Source: an uncultured Clostridia bacterium
Lineage (GTDB): Bacteria > Bacillota > Clostridia > TANB77 > CAG-508
DNA length: 64,000 bases
Direction: 5' to 3'
Assembly: GCA_947581825.1 (NCBI GenBank)
Contig: CANPVP010000007.1
Location: 7,543-71,542, forward strand
Below, piece by piece: positions 1-15,000 of this stretch. The first letter of the stretch is position 1. Each line of letters opens with the position of its first letter. The notes under the pieces are model-generated. The model saw nothing but the letters and a program-made list of their open reading frames with translations, was not told the origin of the DNA and searched no databases. The translations under genes and the position numbers were made by a program.

Positions 1-3000
1 TGTAAATACTAATGGAAAATATAAAGATGGAGAGCAAACATTTACATTAGTACTAACTGAGCAAGAGAGTGGAAGATATATACCACTAGAACATGATATA
101 GAAATTGAGTATACTTGTAAATATGATACAACAAATGATAAATGGGAAACTAAGTATACAAAAGTAAAATATGGAGACAAACAGGCAGAGGTTAAAGTAC
201 AAAATAGCGAAGCACAAAATCTTACAGGTTTACTAGATACAGATGAACTAGGCTTGTATCAGAAAGGTACTGATATTTACGTAGTAAATAAACCAGACTT
301 TAATCCAGCTCAAATACTATTACAAAAGAAAGATGAAGAAGGAAATCTTATAAATGGAATTACTTTCAAAGGAAAAGTTGAGCAAGTAAATCCTATAGAA
401 GGTGAAAAAGCAGATGCTGTAAATTTCGAAGTAACAACTGGTGAATCAAAAGATGCTAATGGAAATATTCTACAAGGTGTTGCTTTAATAGATAATATAA
501 ACTTATCTAGAGAAATAAAAATTACTATAGAAAGTGAAGCATGGAAAGATAAAAATAATAAACAGCCTCTAGAGTTCCCAACAGAACCTATAGTAATTAC
601 AGGAATAGAAGTATATGATGATTGGGAAGGAAATATTGGATATAAAAAGATAAGAACAAAAGATGATAGTGGAAAGATTACTGTACAAATAGGTGAACAA
701 GAAGCACAAACAATTGATGTAAATAATAAAGACGAAGCTTCTGAAAACCTTGTATCTTTCACTGGAAATGACAGTAATGTTGTAACATTCTATATTACAA
801 ATAAAAATAAAACATATGATCTAGATGGAAAAGATGCTGATACAGGAATACCATTCCCATATAAAGTTGAAAGAGACATTTTAGGAAATGAAAAGAACGT
901 AACAGAAGGAATTACATTTACTGGAAGAATAGAAGATAGCAATGGAGAAATACTACAAGACCCAGTAACTGTACAATTTAAACAAAATGTAAATTCATCA
1001 GCAGATGGGGCAAATGGAGAAGTAGGCATTGAAGCTAAAGATATTAATGGAAAAATATCTGTAAAAGAAGGAGAACAAGAAGAAGAATATAAACTTATTA
1101 TAAAAGAAAATAATGTATCAAGTAACAACACTGATGCTGTAACAGTTATATACACTTGTAAATATAATAGCGATGAAGACGAGTTTACATCAAAAATAAA
1201 AGCCTATGAGTACAATGGAAAAAGATATGATTTTAACAAGAATATGGAAGAAGTTAAAAAAGACTTAATTCCAGGTGAAGTTAAAGATGATGGTGCAAGA
1301 ATAAATATAAATGATTTATATGTTCCTATAAGAAAATTTGATGAATATGGAAATCTAATAAATGGAGTTGTATTCAAAGGAAAAATAAAAGTAAACATAG
1401 AAAAAGATGAAAATGGACATCCAAAGGATTTTAACTTAAAAGAAGAATATGATTTTATAACAGTAACTGGTGGACAATACTGGAATGATGAAACAAAGCA
1501 GATGGAAACAGCTCCAGATGGTGTTGCAGTAATACCAATTCCAAGTGAAGTAAAAGGAGATTTCACTATAACTATTGACGAAGAATATTGGGGAACTTAC
1601 AAAGAGAATAAATGGACTACAGAAAAAGGAAAATTACCAGATGGACAATTCCCACTAGAATTTGTAAAAGGTGTAGTAGAAATAGGTGGATATGGCATTA
1701 AAGAAGAGACAAAAAATGATATAACAGAAAGAACTGTAACATATAACGGAACAACTGTTAAATATACATTAAATGGTAGTGAAGAAAATAGTGAACCTAT
1801 AGAAGTAGAAAATTATAAAGCTGTAACTACAGATGAAAAAGGTTATATTAGATTTATAAATAATGAACTTAGATATGATTTGAAAAAATCAACTGAAACA
1901 GGAGAAGGAAACAATTTATTTGATGATAAATTTTTAGAGACAAGTTATGGATATAGAACTAAAATAAAAGAAGGAATTTATTTTACAGGCTATATAGTTG
2001 ATGAAACTAAATATGATGAAAAGGGAAATATTATTAAACCTAGTGTAACATTACAAGAAGGTAGAAGTACAAAAGATCCAGAAGACAAAAATAAAGTTAC
2101 TGTTGCTTTAGATAAAGATACAGGAGCAATTGTAGCAACAGGAATTAAAGGAAGTATAGCAGGAATAGATGAAAATAAAACCTTTAAATTTGTATTAGAA
2201 GAATTAAGTTCAAATGGTGAAAATGGCACTCTTAATGTAGTACCAATAGATCCAATTGTAGTAGAATATACTTGTAAATATGATAGAGAAAATGAAAAAT
2301 TTGAAACAGCAATAACAGCATATGAATATAAAGGAAAAAAATATAGAATGTCAGATATTCAAGAACAAACAACTGTAGAAAAAGACATAATTCCTGGATT
2401 AGTATGTGTTAAAGAGGAAGAAAGTAGTATTACAGATAAAATTGGATTAATAAACCATGAAAAGACAATTGATATTCCTTTAGTTAAAAAGGATGAAGCA
2501 GGAAGATTAGTAAATGGAATTAAATTTACAGGAAAAATAATAGCATTAGACGAAGAATATAAAGACGAAAATGGAAAACCAGTATTTGAGACTACAGAGG
2601 AAACAAACAATAATGAACAACCTACAACAAAGAGAAAATCAATGAATTTTGAAGTAGTAACTGGTGAAGTTCCAACAAAAGATTCAATAAAATTAGATGG
2701 TAGCAAAAATGAAGCAAATAATAGCGAAGATAAAAACTTTACAGATGAAGATGGAAAACCAATGTATACAGCTCGTGATGGTGTTGCTTTAATACCTCAA
2801 ATTCCTTATACTGGAAAAGTTAAAATTATTATTGAAAAAGAAGAATGGGCAGATGAGGATTATAAGCCAGCTCCAGGAGATCCAGACCTTGAATTTATAG
2901 ATGGACAAATAGAAGTAACGTTTAGTATTGTCAAAGATAAAAATGGTGAAAAACACATAAATTATAATGGTGGAATGCAAATTGAAGTTAAGGATAGAAA

Positions 3001-6000
3001 TGGTCAAAATATTACAAATGACTATATGGATCCAAAGAATAATCAACACAAGATTATAGTTGGACCAAATTACTTGGGTAAAGATGAAAAAGATTTTGCT
3101 TTTGGAATTAGTGTTACAAATAAATTTAAATCTTATGATGTGCCAATAGCTCTAAAGGTAATTGAAGAAGATACAAATGCTGAAAATGAAGAAAATAATG
3201 AAAACAAAAACATTGTAACAGTAAATAATAAAAAATACAGACAACCAACAAAAGAAGAAGCAAAAGAAATTAAATTTAGAGCAGAAGTTACAGATAGTAG
3301 TGGAACTGTAGTACAAACTTTATTACCACTAACACCAGACGATATGGCAAAAGCAGATGCAGTAGGAATTGGAATTGAAGTTAAAGATATAGATAGTGAT
3401 GGCAAAGAAGAAGCTGTTATCATAGCAAAAGGTATAAAGGGAAGTATTAATAAAGGTGAAGATTTAATTATAAAATTACAAGAAGTGTATTCAGGCGGAT
3501 TAGAACCAATACCAGATATAAAAGTTCATTATAAAATTGAAAATGGTGAAGCAAAAATAACAAAATATGAATGCAATGGACAAACAGATGAATGTAAACA
3601 ACAAAATAATGGAACATGCAAGATAAAAGATTTAATTTATGTTAGCGAAGATGGTAAATATGCATTAGTAAATAAACCTGAAACAGGAGAAGGACCAAAA
3701 GAAACAACACCAATACTTACAATTAAAAAAGTAATGAATGTAGATGGACATGAGGTAGGAGTTCCAGGTATATACTTTAAAATAAGAGTATGTACTGAAG
3801 AATGTAAAAATGATTGCAAAGATCCAGATAAATGCTCTTGCCAAGAAGGTGAAGAACCATGTGAAAAATGCTTTGATTATACAGCAATTTCACAAGCATA
3901 TGGATTAACTACATTCAAACTTACAGATTTTGCAAAAAATAAAGAAGATATAACAACTGGCAAAGTAAAAGTTATTATACTAGAAGAAAGATTAGCAACA
4001 GAAGAAGACAAAGCAAAAATTAAAGAAAATTCAGAAGAAACATCAGAAGATGAGAAAACAGCAGAAGTAGCACCATATACTACTGAACAACCTGGAGAAG
4101 TTAAACTTGAATTTATTAAAAATCCAATTGTAATTAATGGAATTGAAATAAAGAATGGTGAAGAAGAAAATGGAGATAAACAATGTAAAGTAGATTATAC
4201 TAATGCTACAGTAGCTGATACAAACAGTAATGTAAGCTTTGATAATCAAGTAGGAATGCAGATTGTATTTACTAATAAAGAAGCTACATTTGATTTAGAT
4301 TTATTCAAAGGTAAAATGATTAACTATATTGGTGAATTAGAACAAATCTATAAAGGTGTAGAATTTGAAGCTGATGTAGTTAGAGCAGAAGATATAAAAG
4401 CAGAAAACATAGCAGAAGTAAGCTTACAACATATAGTTTCTACAACTGATGAATCTACTGCTGAAAATACAGGCGATAATGGAAACTTAGCTACAACTGG
4501 AATTGAGACAAATAATGGTAAAATTCAAATAAAAGGAATTAAAGGTACTTTTGCATCAGAAAGTAATGAAGAACAACAAGAAAATGCACAACAATATGCA
4601 GTGGTATTAAGAGAAACAGCATCAGAAATATCAGATGCAAAAGATATGCCAACAATGGCAATTGTATTTGAAAGTAAATGTACAACAGGAACAGACGGAA
4701 AATGCACATTCACCCCAACTATAAAAGAATATAAATGGCAAGATGATAATGGATGGCATACTTTAAATGCATTGCAAAATCTTGAACGTGATGAAAATGG
4801 CAATTTAGAACAAGTCCTTGTTACTAATAGAATGTTGAGAAAGATTGAAAATGGTAAAGAAGAAACATATATAGTTAATACACCACCAACAACAATAATT
4901 GGTGGAGGATATTTACCAACAACAGTTGATATTCCTTTAGTTAAATATGATGAAAATGGAAATTTAGTAAATGGAGTAAAATTCTCAGGACATATAGAGG
5001 TTGGTAATCAACAGAAAATGAAATTCTCAACAATAACTGGTGAAGTTCCAACAACAACAATTGCTAATGGATTTGAAAATGTATATGTAGCTCGTGATGG
5101 TGTTGCAATAATACCAAAAATTCCATTTACAGGAGAAGTTAAAGTAGTTATTGAAAAAGAGGAATGGGCTAGTGATGCTTATAAACCATCTGCAGGTTAT
5201 CCAGATCTAGAGTTTATAGATGGAAAAATAGAAATAACATTAACTATAAATGAAGATGAAAAAGGAAATAAACATATTCAACAAGGTGGCATAAGCATAG
5301 CAGTAAAAGGCAAAGACGATAAAGACATTACAGACCAATATATTGATAGAAAAAATGGTAATAATAAAGTTTTAGTTGGATTAAATAGTTTAAATAAAGA
5401 TGATAACGAAGATAACGAAGAATTATTATTCGGAATTAAAATTACTAACAAAATTAAAACTTATGATTTACCAATAGCATTAAAAGTAATTGCAGAAGAT
5501 AACGAGAATGCTAATGGAGCAAATACTATAAAAGTAGGTGATAAAACATATAGAACACCAAGCACAGAAGAAGCTAAAGAACTTAGATTTAGTGCAGAAG
5601 TTTTAGATAGTACTGGAACTGTAGTACAAAACTTATTACCATTAACACCAGAACAAATGCAAAATGCAGATGCAGTGGGAATTGGAATTGCTACTAAAGG
5701 ATCAGACAACAAAACAGAAGCTGTTATTACAGCAAAAGGAATAAAAGGAAGCATAGTAGGAGATAACTTAACGATAAGATTACACGAAGAGAATTCTGCT
5801 GGATTAGAACCAATACCAGATATAGATGTTCATTATAAAACAATTGGAGATGATGCTCCAAAAGTAACATCATATCAATGTGGTGAGAAAACAGTAGAAA
5901 ACAGTGCACCAACAAATGGTGAACAATGCAATATAGAAGATTTAATTTATGTTAGCGAAGATGGTAAATATGCATTAGTAAATAAACCTGGAACAGGAGG

Positions 6001-9000
6001 AGGACCAAAAGAAACAACACCAGAACTTACAATTAAAAAAGTAATAAATGTAGATGGACATGAAGTAGGAGTTCCAGGTGTACACTTCAAAATAAGAGTA
6101 TGTACTCCTGAATGTAAAAACGATTGTACAGATGTAGCAAAATGCGGATGTGAAAACAATAATGATTGTGATAAATGTTATGATTATGAAGCAGTTTCTA
6201 AAGCAGGTGGTTTAGCTACTTTTGAACTTACAGATTTCAGCAAAGATACAACAGCTCAAAACATTGATAATCTAAAAGTAATTATATTAGAAGAAAAATT
6301 AGCAACAGAAGAAGAGAAGGCACAACTAGCAAAAGAAGGAGTTGAACCATATACTACTGAAAACCCTGGAGATGTTAAACTTGAATTTATTAAAAATCCA
6401 ATTACAATTAATGGAATACAATTAAAGAATGCTACAGAAGGAAAAAAGACACAATGCACAGTAGATTATACTAATGCTACAGTAGCAGATGAAAATAGTA
6501 ATGTACGTATCGATAACAACGCAGGAATGCAAATTGTATTTACTAATACAGAAGCAACATATGATTTAAAATTATTTGATAGCAAACTAGTATATGAAGA
6601 TAATAAATTAAAACAAATCTATAAAGGTGTAGAATTTGAAGCTGATATAGTTAGAGTTGAAGACATAAATGCAGAAAACATAGCAGAGAAGAGTTTACAA
6701 CATTTTGTTTCTGAAAAAGCCAAAGCTACTGCTAATAACACAGGCAAAAATGGAGATTTAGGTACAGTAGGACTAGATGAAAGTAATGGTCAAATCAAGC
6801 TAAAAGGAGTTAAAGGAACTTTAGAAGGAGATAATGGACAAGAATATGCAGTTATGTTAAAAGAAACATCATCAGAAGTATCAGATGCAGACGATATGCC
6901 AACAATGGTGATTGTATATAAATGTACTTGTACAACAGATGGAAATGGAAAATGTCAATTTAAACCAGAAATCGAAGAATACAAATGGCAAGATGATGAA
7001 GGATGGCATTCTCTAAATCCAACTCAAAATATTCAAACAGGTGAGAATGGACAGATAGAAAAGAATGAAATTATTGTTGATGGTAGAGTTAAAATACAAG
7101 TATTAGACGATAATAACAAGGTAGTTTCTCTAATTAATGATGGTGGAAAAATAGAACTTTCTACTTCTGAAAGTATTAAATTAACTAAAAAGGACAGCAA
7201 TGGAAATACAGTAGGAGGTATAGAATTTAAAGGAAAAGTAATTGCTTTAAATGCTGATGGAACACCAAAGAAAGAAGCTATGTCAGATGAACAAGGAAAT
7301 ATTATACAAGGCACAAAGAATATTGAATATGAATTTGATGTAATAACTGATAATAAAGGAACAGCTTTAATATACACACCAGATGCTAAAGAAATGCCAA
7401 AATACGAAGGTAAAATTAAAGTTGTTATTGAAGATGAAAAATGGGCAGCAAGTGTAACAGAGCCACCTTATAAACTAGGCTTTGCAGATGAAATAATCGA
7501 AATCACAGGATTAGAGTTAAAAACAGAAACAACTGGACAACTAAAAAACGGAAAAATTGTACACACTAGAGTTATTTATCCAGAACAACTTACTGTAACA
7601 TCTTATAAAAAAGGAGAAAATGGAACAAAAACAGAAGCAACAAATACATACAAAGATAAGGTTTCATTAGGTAAAGATAGTGTTATAGGAATTGAAATTG
7701 AAAACTCAATTTTAGACTATGATGTAGATTTATTTGATGCAAAAATCTTAAAATATGGTGAACACTATGAACAACTAAATTCAGATGTTACATTCTCAGG
7801 AAGAATTATAGGCTACAAAGGTAAAGATTCTAAGCAAGAAGCTAAAGACTATGATGTAGAAGTTAAATTGATTGAAGAAAATGATACAACATCAGGACAA
7901 CAAGGAACAGCAAATGGTAAAAAAGGTAAAATCGTTGCAAAAGGAATAAATGGAGAAATAACAGGAAGCGGTATATACTTAGAACTAATAGAAAAATCTA
8001 TTAATTATGATGTAGAAGATGTAACAGTTATAATCAAATATGATTATACTCCTGATGCACAAGGAAAAGGTACACCAGTTATAAAAGAATATAGAAAATG
8101 GAAAGATGGTGTAAAGGGTGAAGCAAAAGGAAATGTTTCAGATAATACTACAGATTTAATTTGTAATGCAGAAGGTGATGATAATGCCAAAGCATTAATT
8201 GGTGAAATGATTTATAAAAACTATAGTGATACAGCTAAGAATAGCTTAGTAAATATAGTTACTCCAAATCCACTAGACCTTCAAATTAAAAAAGTAGATA
8301 GCAATGGAAAACCTGTTGCAGGAATTAAGTTTACAGGAAGAATAATTGCTGTAGATGATAAAGGTGAAGCTAGAAAAGAAAAAGATGCACAAGGAAAAGA
8401 AGTTGAAATCAAGAAAGAATTTACAACAAGTATAGCAAACTCAGAAGAGCCTCTACAATGGATTACATCTGATTCAGATGGTGTTGCAAGTTTACACTTA
8501 ACATCAGAAGAAGTTAATAAATTTGCAGGAAAGATTAAGATTGAAATAGACAGTGAGGAATGGAGTACAGATGAAAAAGATCCATTAAGAGTTGACTCAT
8601 CAAAACGTACACCATTAGACTTTATCGATGGAAAAATAGAAATTACTGGAAAGAAAATTGATGTTCAAAAAGATAAAACAAGTAGTATAATAAATGCTGA
8701 AAATAATGGAACACCAACAGTAAAAATTATGAAAGATAAAGAAGATGTTACTGAAAAATATAAAGATAGAGTTAATGCAAATTCAAATGAAATTGCTTTA
8801 AGCATGAAGAATATTATTAAAGAATATGATTTAAAATTATTTAATAAGAAGATTATAAATGTAAATGGAGAAGAAATACAAATTAAAGGAGCCATTACAT
8901 TTACAGGAGAAATTAAACAAAACGACCAAACATATCCTATTACTATAGCTTTTGGTCCAGAAACAGATGGTGCAATTATTGCAAAAGGTATCAGAGGAGA

Positions 9001-12000
9001 GATAGTAGGAGATAATATTAAACTTTCAGTTAAAGAAGCAAAAACAATTCCAGGAATTGTTCCAGTAGATTTTGATATAGTATATTCTTGTACATATAAT
9101 GATGGTAAGTTTGAAACAACGATATCAAAGAAAACAATTAAAGACCAAAATACAGGAGAAACTCTAAAAGAAATAAATGGAACAAATGAAAATGGAGATG
9201 TTTTAGAGGAAGACATTACAAAAGATGGTGTAGAATTACAGATTAGAAAAGTGGATGAACATAATGTACCAGTAGCAGGAATTAAATTCTCAGGAACAAT
9301 AACATCAGAAGAAAATAATGGTGGAAAAATAACATTTTCTACTAAGGCAACTGATGAAAATGGTATTACAACTATAATTATTTCAAAAGCTGATATAGAG
9401 CAATACATAAAATTAGGTAGGTTTAATGTAGTTATAGACAAAGAAGAATGGGATAATGGAGCAGAAGCAAAATGGAATGCAATAGCAGGAAATGCTGATA
9501 GAAAACTTCAATTTATAACCTCACCTGTAACAATTTCAGGTTATAAGTTATTTGAAACTTGGGATGGTAACTATGCTCATAGAAGTGTAGACTTTAGTGG
9601 AATAAGCTGTGAAGATACAGAGCATGTTGAACTAGAAAAAGATACAGTAACAATTAAATTTAAAAACAACGATTTAACATACAACATACCATTTATTAAA
9701 ACAGATAAATTATTAACTAATGATAACCAAGATAGTGCTGAAAAATTAAAAGAAGTATCATTTGATATTTCTATAAAAGAAAGTGATGAAGATAACAATC
9801 CACAAAGATTTTATACAACATCTGATGACAATGGTAGATTTGATATAGAAGGAGTTTCAAAATTTGGAGATAATGTAACTTTAACATTAAAAGAGATTAC
9901 TTCTGAAAATGAAACAGCCCAAATGCTAGATGAACCAATAATAATTACTTATAAAACTGTAATAAGTAATGGAAAAGTTTCATTAGAAAATGTAAAAATT
10001 AATGGTAAGGAAATAGATGCACCTTCTGATGATCAAGTTAATAAAACAGATATAGAAGAAGAAAAAGAAAACAATATACAAAAAATCGATGTACAACAAG
10101 ATGAAGGAATAGTGTTAGCAGGATTTAATGTTGTAAACTTTAAAAAATATAGAATTACAATAGATAAAGACTTAAAAGTTGAGGATACAACAATAGATGC
10201 AACTGAATCTGTAGGATTTAAAGGTATTATTACAACAGATCCAAGTAAAGTAAATGGCAATAATACAATTATGAGTTATAAAGATTTTGAGAGTAAGTTA
10301 GAAACATGGAAGAATAGCTCTGATAAAGATGTAATTTACTTTGATGGTCATACAACTGGTGGAAAATTAGAAATTCCAAAAGACATAGATTTCTATGATA
10401 AGCAAGTTTATGTGTACTTTATTGAGTACGATGTTCCAGCTACAATGACTGAAATTAATGAGGTTATGTGGGCATCATTCAATAAGAGAATAACAAATGC
10501 TGAGGCAAATAGTGCATCTTCAGCAGGTAATGTTGAAATTACAAATACAGATACATTAAATATAAGTATTAAAGTTGTAAACCAAGCAAAATCTTATAAT
10601 GTTAACTTTAAGAAAATAGATGCACAAGATCCAAATAGGCAAATTGACTATAGCAATGCTAAATTTACAGTACAATTAAAAGCTTTGAAAGAAGACAACT
10701 CAGCTACTGAAGTAGTTGATACAATGGATATTGAATTTAATGGATTAGGAAAAATAAAAGAACAAACAAAGCCTGGAAAATACTTAGTTGATGCAAAATT
10801 TGAAGATAATCAAATTAAAATTGATGTAAATAAATTTGGTAATTTACAATTAGTAGTAACAGAGGATAGAGCACCAGCAAATTATCAAAAACTAGATACA
10901 GATATTGTAATTAATTATAAAGCAAATGCAGAAGCATCAGAAAAAGACAAAATAATAACTGATGTTCAACTTGAAAAGAATACAAATCCAAGCATTAAAG
11001 ATAAAATAAATGCAAAACCTAATGCTAAAGGAAATGATGTAAGCTTAGACTTCACATTACCAAACTATCCAAATGAATATAGTTTAACGATTAAGAAAAA
11101 ATCTAGAACAAATCCTGACAGTATATTAAATAATATTCAATTCCAATTATTGTTCTACAAAAATAGTGATAATAAAGAGAGATTTGAATATCTAGAAAAA
11201 ACATTGTATGTTGTTAATGGAGGAAAAGTAACAGTAGATGGCTTAAAAGAATATGGTGCAAATTATATGGTACTTCATGAAACAGAAACTGATGGAAAAG
11301 TAGTTAAGCTTCCTGGATATCATGTGTTTAATGTAGAAGCAGTAGTTGGACAAAAACCAAAATTAACATACTTAGGAATGTTTAAATCAGATAAAGAAAA
11401 AGAAGCTGATTATACTATAGAAGAAATAGATAGTAAGTTTAAAGAGCAAGATATTTCTAAACTAGATAAAGCATATAGTAGTTATTTCAAAACAGATGAA
11501 AATTCTGTTGAAGTAGGAAGCTTAGTTGTTGGAAATGATGAACCAAAACTTTACGATATAGATATATTAAAAATAGCTGAAGAAAAAGATGCAAAAACTG
11601 GAAAATCAAATCCACTAGAAGGAGCAATATTTAACTTATACTTAACTAAATCAGATGAAGATTATGCAACAGGAGAGAACCTATTAGATGTTAAATATAG
11701 AAGACAAACAACACCAGTAGATGGACTTATTTCTATCAAACAATTAGATAAGTATAGCGATAAATATGGTGATTTAAAATTAACCTTAGTTGAAGAAAAA
11801 CCACCAAAAGACTATAAAACAGTATTTAGTAAAATAGAAGTAACATATAATACAACAGATGGAAAAACTATTGAAATAAAATCAATAAAAGTATTTGATG
11901 CAAATAATAAAGAAATGTCAGATTACAAAAAATATGTAAACATAACTAATGGTAGTACAGACAAGAAAATAGAAGAATCTAAAATAGAAATAAGTGTTCT

Positions 12001-15000
12001 AAATCCACATAAAAAATCAGTACCATTAGGAATAAAGAAGGTTTACTATGAAGAAACAATAGAAAATGGACAAAGAACAAAGAAAGAAAAACCTATTAGT
12101 AATGCAACATTTAGTGGTGTCGTTTATGAAATAGGTAATCCAGATGATAAAACACCATTTACATCTAAACCAACTGGAGAGGACGGTACTGTTAAGCTTG
12201 GAGACTTCTATGTTGAAGGCGAAATTGAGGTAGTAATCGAAGAAATTAGTTCACCTGATGGATTTGAAAAAATACCTAAAACTACAATAGAGTGTTATGT
12301 TGGCGAAGAAAACAAGGCTACTAAAATAGATAAAAAATATGAAATTTCTACAAATGCAATAGAGTCAATTGAATATACTAATAATATGAATCTATTAAAA
12401 GTTGTTGATACACCAATTTTTGAAACAGACATATCTTTAGCAGGTATTGTTTGGGAAGATAGACCAACAACATTAAGTGAAAAAGAAGAGGCAGATTATA
12501 CAGTAGTCGATGGAAATAAGTATGTTGCAGGAGAAGGTTTTTATGATGAAGGTATAGATAAACTTATTACAAGTAAAAATGCAGATGGTGATGCTACATC
12601 AGAAGTAAATGATGTTGTAGATGGTATGATAGTTACATTACATAAATTAGAGCGTAATGATAAAAATGAGTGGAGAGAGAAAAATGAATACACAGGTTTT
12701 GCAAAAGTAACAACTGGTGATACAGGAAGATATGAATTTAGGGAATTAGACCCATTTGCAAAATACTATATTACATTTAAAATGGAAGGTAAGTATAATT
12801 CTGAAGATTATGAGCATGTTCATTTCTTAGTAGAAAAATTAAATGTTAGCGGTGAAGGTGATAATAAAACAGTAACAATAGACGATTATAACTCAATAGT
12901 AGAAGCAAAAGCTGCAAATAATCTTGAAAGTTGGAAACGAAATTCAAAGGCAGTAGCAGATGGTGTAGAGTCTGGCAATGGCGTAGATCCAAATATTTCA
13001 ACAACAACACAAACAAGAAATGCTAGAGGAAATAAAAACGGTGTTAACAAAATGGATAATATACAAAAATATCCAGTAGATGATTACTTTACTATAGTAG
13101 ATAAAGAAAAATATATAGATGAAAACGGTGAATATAAAGGAGCTTATGTACTTTTCAATGTAGATGTAACGGATAGTCAAAAATCAAATCAAACTATTGT
13201 CTATGCAGATTACTCAACAAGCGGAAAAGAAGAAGATAAGATTGAATTTAGTTCTTTAGATCCATGGCATGACTATATAAACTATGGTATCGTTGAAAAA
13301 CCTAAATTTGATTTATCACTAAGCAAAGATGTTGAAGAACTTTCAGTTAAAGTAAATGATAAAACGATGAAATATATATATGGTAACAAGATTGATTCAG
13401 GACATATGTATACATTAGAAATTAATGAAGCAGATATATCAAAACTAGCAGATATGAAAATTATTTATAAGATAGTTGTTAAAAACGAGAGCGTTAATCC
13501 AGGATACTTAAATTCAATAGCTGATTACTACAATTCAGACCTTATGAAATTTGAAAGCTGGAGTTTAGACGGAAAAAACTACGGAAAAACTGGAGTAACT
13601 GAAACAGAAGAAACTGGTTTAGTACCTGAGCAATATATAACAGGAGTAGTTGATGCAGATGGTAATAGTACAGGTGGAACTCTAACAGTAAATGGAGCTA
13701 ATACAAAACGAGTATTAATTCAAATTCCAGATGCTGAAGAAGGTAATAAGGATAAGAATAGAACAATATATTCAGGTGATGAAAATGCTAAAACAATTCT
13801 TATAACATATCAATATGATACAAATAAATTAAAAGAAAATGATAGTTTGTTTGGTAAGATTGCTAAAGCAGGAGATTCATATGTTACATTAGGACCAGCA
13901 GAAATTTATAGCAGTAATAGTCTAGGTGGCAGAAGAGATATAAACTCAATAAATGGAAATTTATCAAGTAAATTTACTGGTATTTATAACGAGCAGTTGA
14001 AAACTTTCTACACAAATTATGATAATGAGGGTGCATATTATCAAGATTTAAGACATAGCCTTGAAGGTGAAACAGATAAAGATGATGAAGATGTAGCACC
14101 AGCATTAAAAATACTAATAGCAGATCCAGGCAATAGAAAAATAACAGGTTCAGTATTTGATGATATAGAGGGAAACGGCTGGAAAGATGAAAATGATATA
14201 AATATTAAAGGAATAAAAGTTGAATTGTATAAGTGTGATGAAAATGGCAATATTAGAGAGGATGCAAAACCTGTACAATCAACCCAAACAGATGAAGATG
14301 GAAAATATGAATTTGTAGGAATTGAAACAGGATATTACAAAGTAAAATTCACATATGGTGATGAAAATACTCTATTACCTAAATTATATACAAGTACATA
14401 CAATAATGATTTATTAAAATATGTACAAGAACTACAAGAATTACCTGAATGGAATGATGAAGAAAATAATACTATTTATCCAAGAAATAATGAAAATTCA
14501 TATAATGGATTAGAATATGAAGATTCTACTCAAAATAAAATTATAGAGTATAATAGAGGAGATGAATATTGGTATAAGCAGAATAGAGATGAGGCATATT
14601 CTGATGCTGAAGACGAAGATGCATCAAGAAAAAAAGCAGATACAACTTTAAATGAAAGCGAATATTCTACAACAACAAACTATTATTTTATGGATAATGC
14701 AAAAGCCGAATTATTGTATTCATATAGAGGCGATATAACTCAAGAAGAAGTTCAAGAATACATTAGAAAATTAAAAGAAAATTCTGTAACAGCAACAACA
14801 GAGAAATTCAAAATTAATATTATGGATACAGATAGTGACGAACTAACATATGTTACTACAACAGAGTCAGGAGAGACACAATATACAGATGGTGAACATA
14901 TAATTGATACAGGATGTGAAGCTCAAATAGACTTTGGTGTTAAGCAAAGACCAAAAACAAATCTTAAAGTTGAAAAAACTGTAGATAATGTAAAAATCTT

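Noticed and set aside
8665-9441. 258-aa antisense ORF inside giant gene 1, and its counterpart 28932-29630 (232 aa) inside gene 2.
   Set aside because: The translation is low-complexity S/F/I/L/P-rich, as expected from reverse-complementing a K/E/G/T-rich gene (GAA/AAA give TTC/TTT). Both copies are conserved only because the sense strands are paralogous. No RBS or coding signal.
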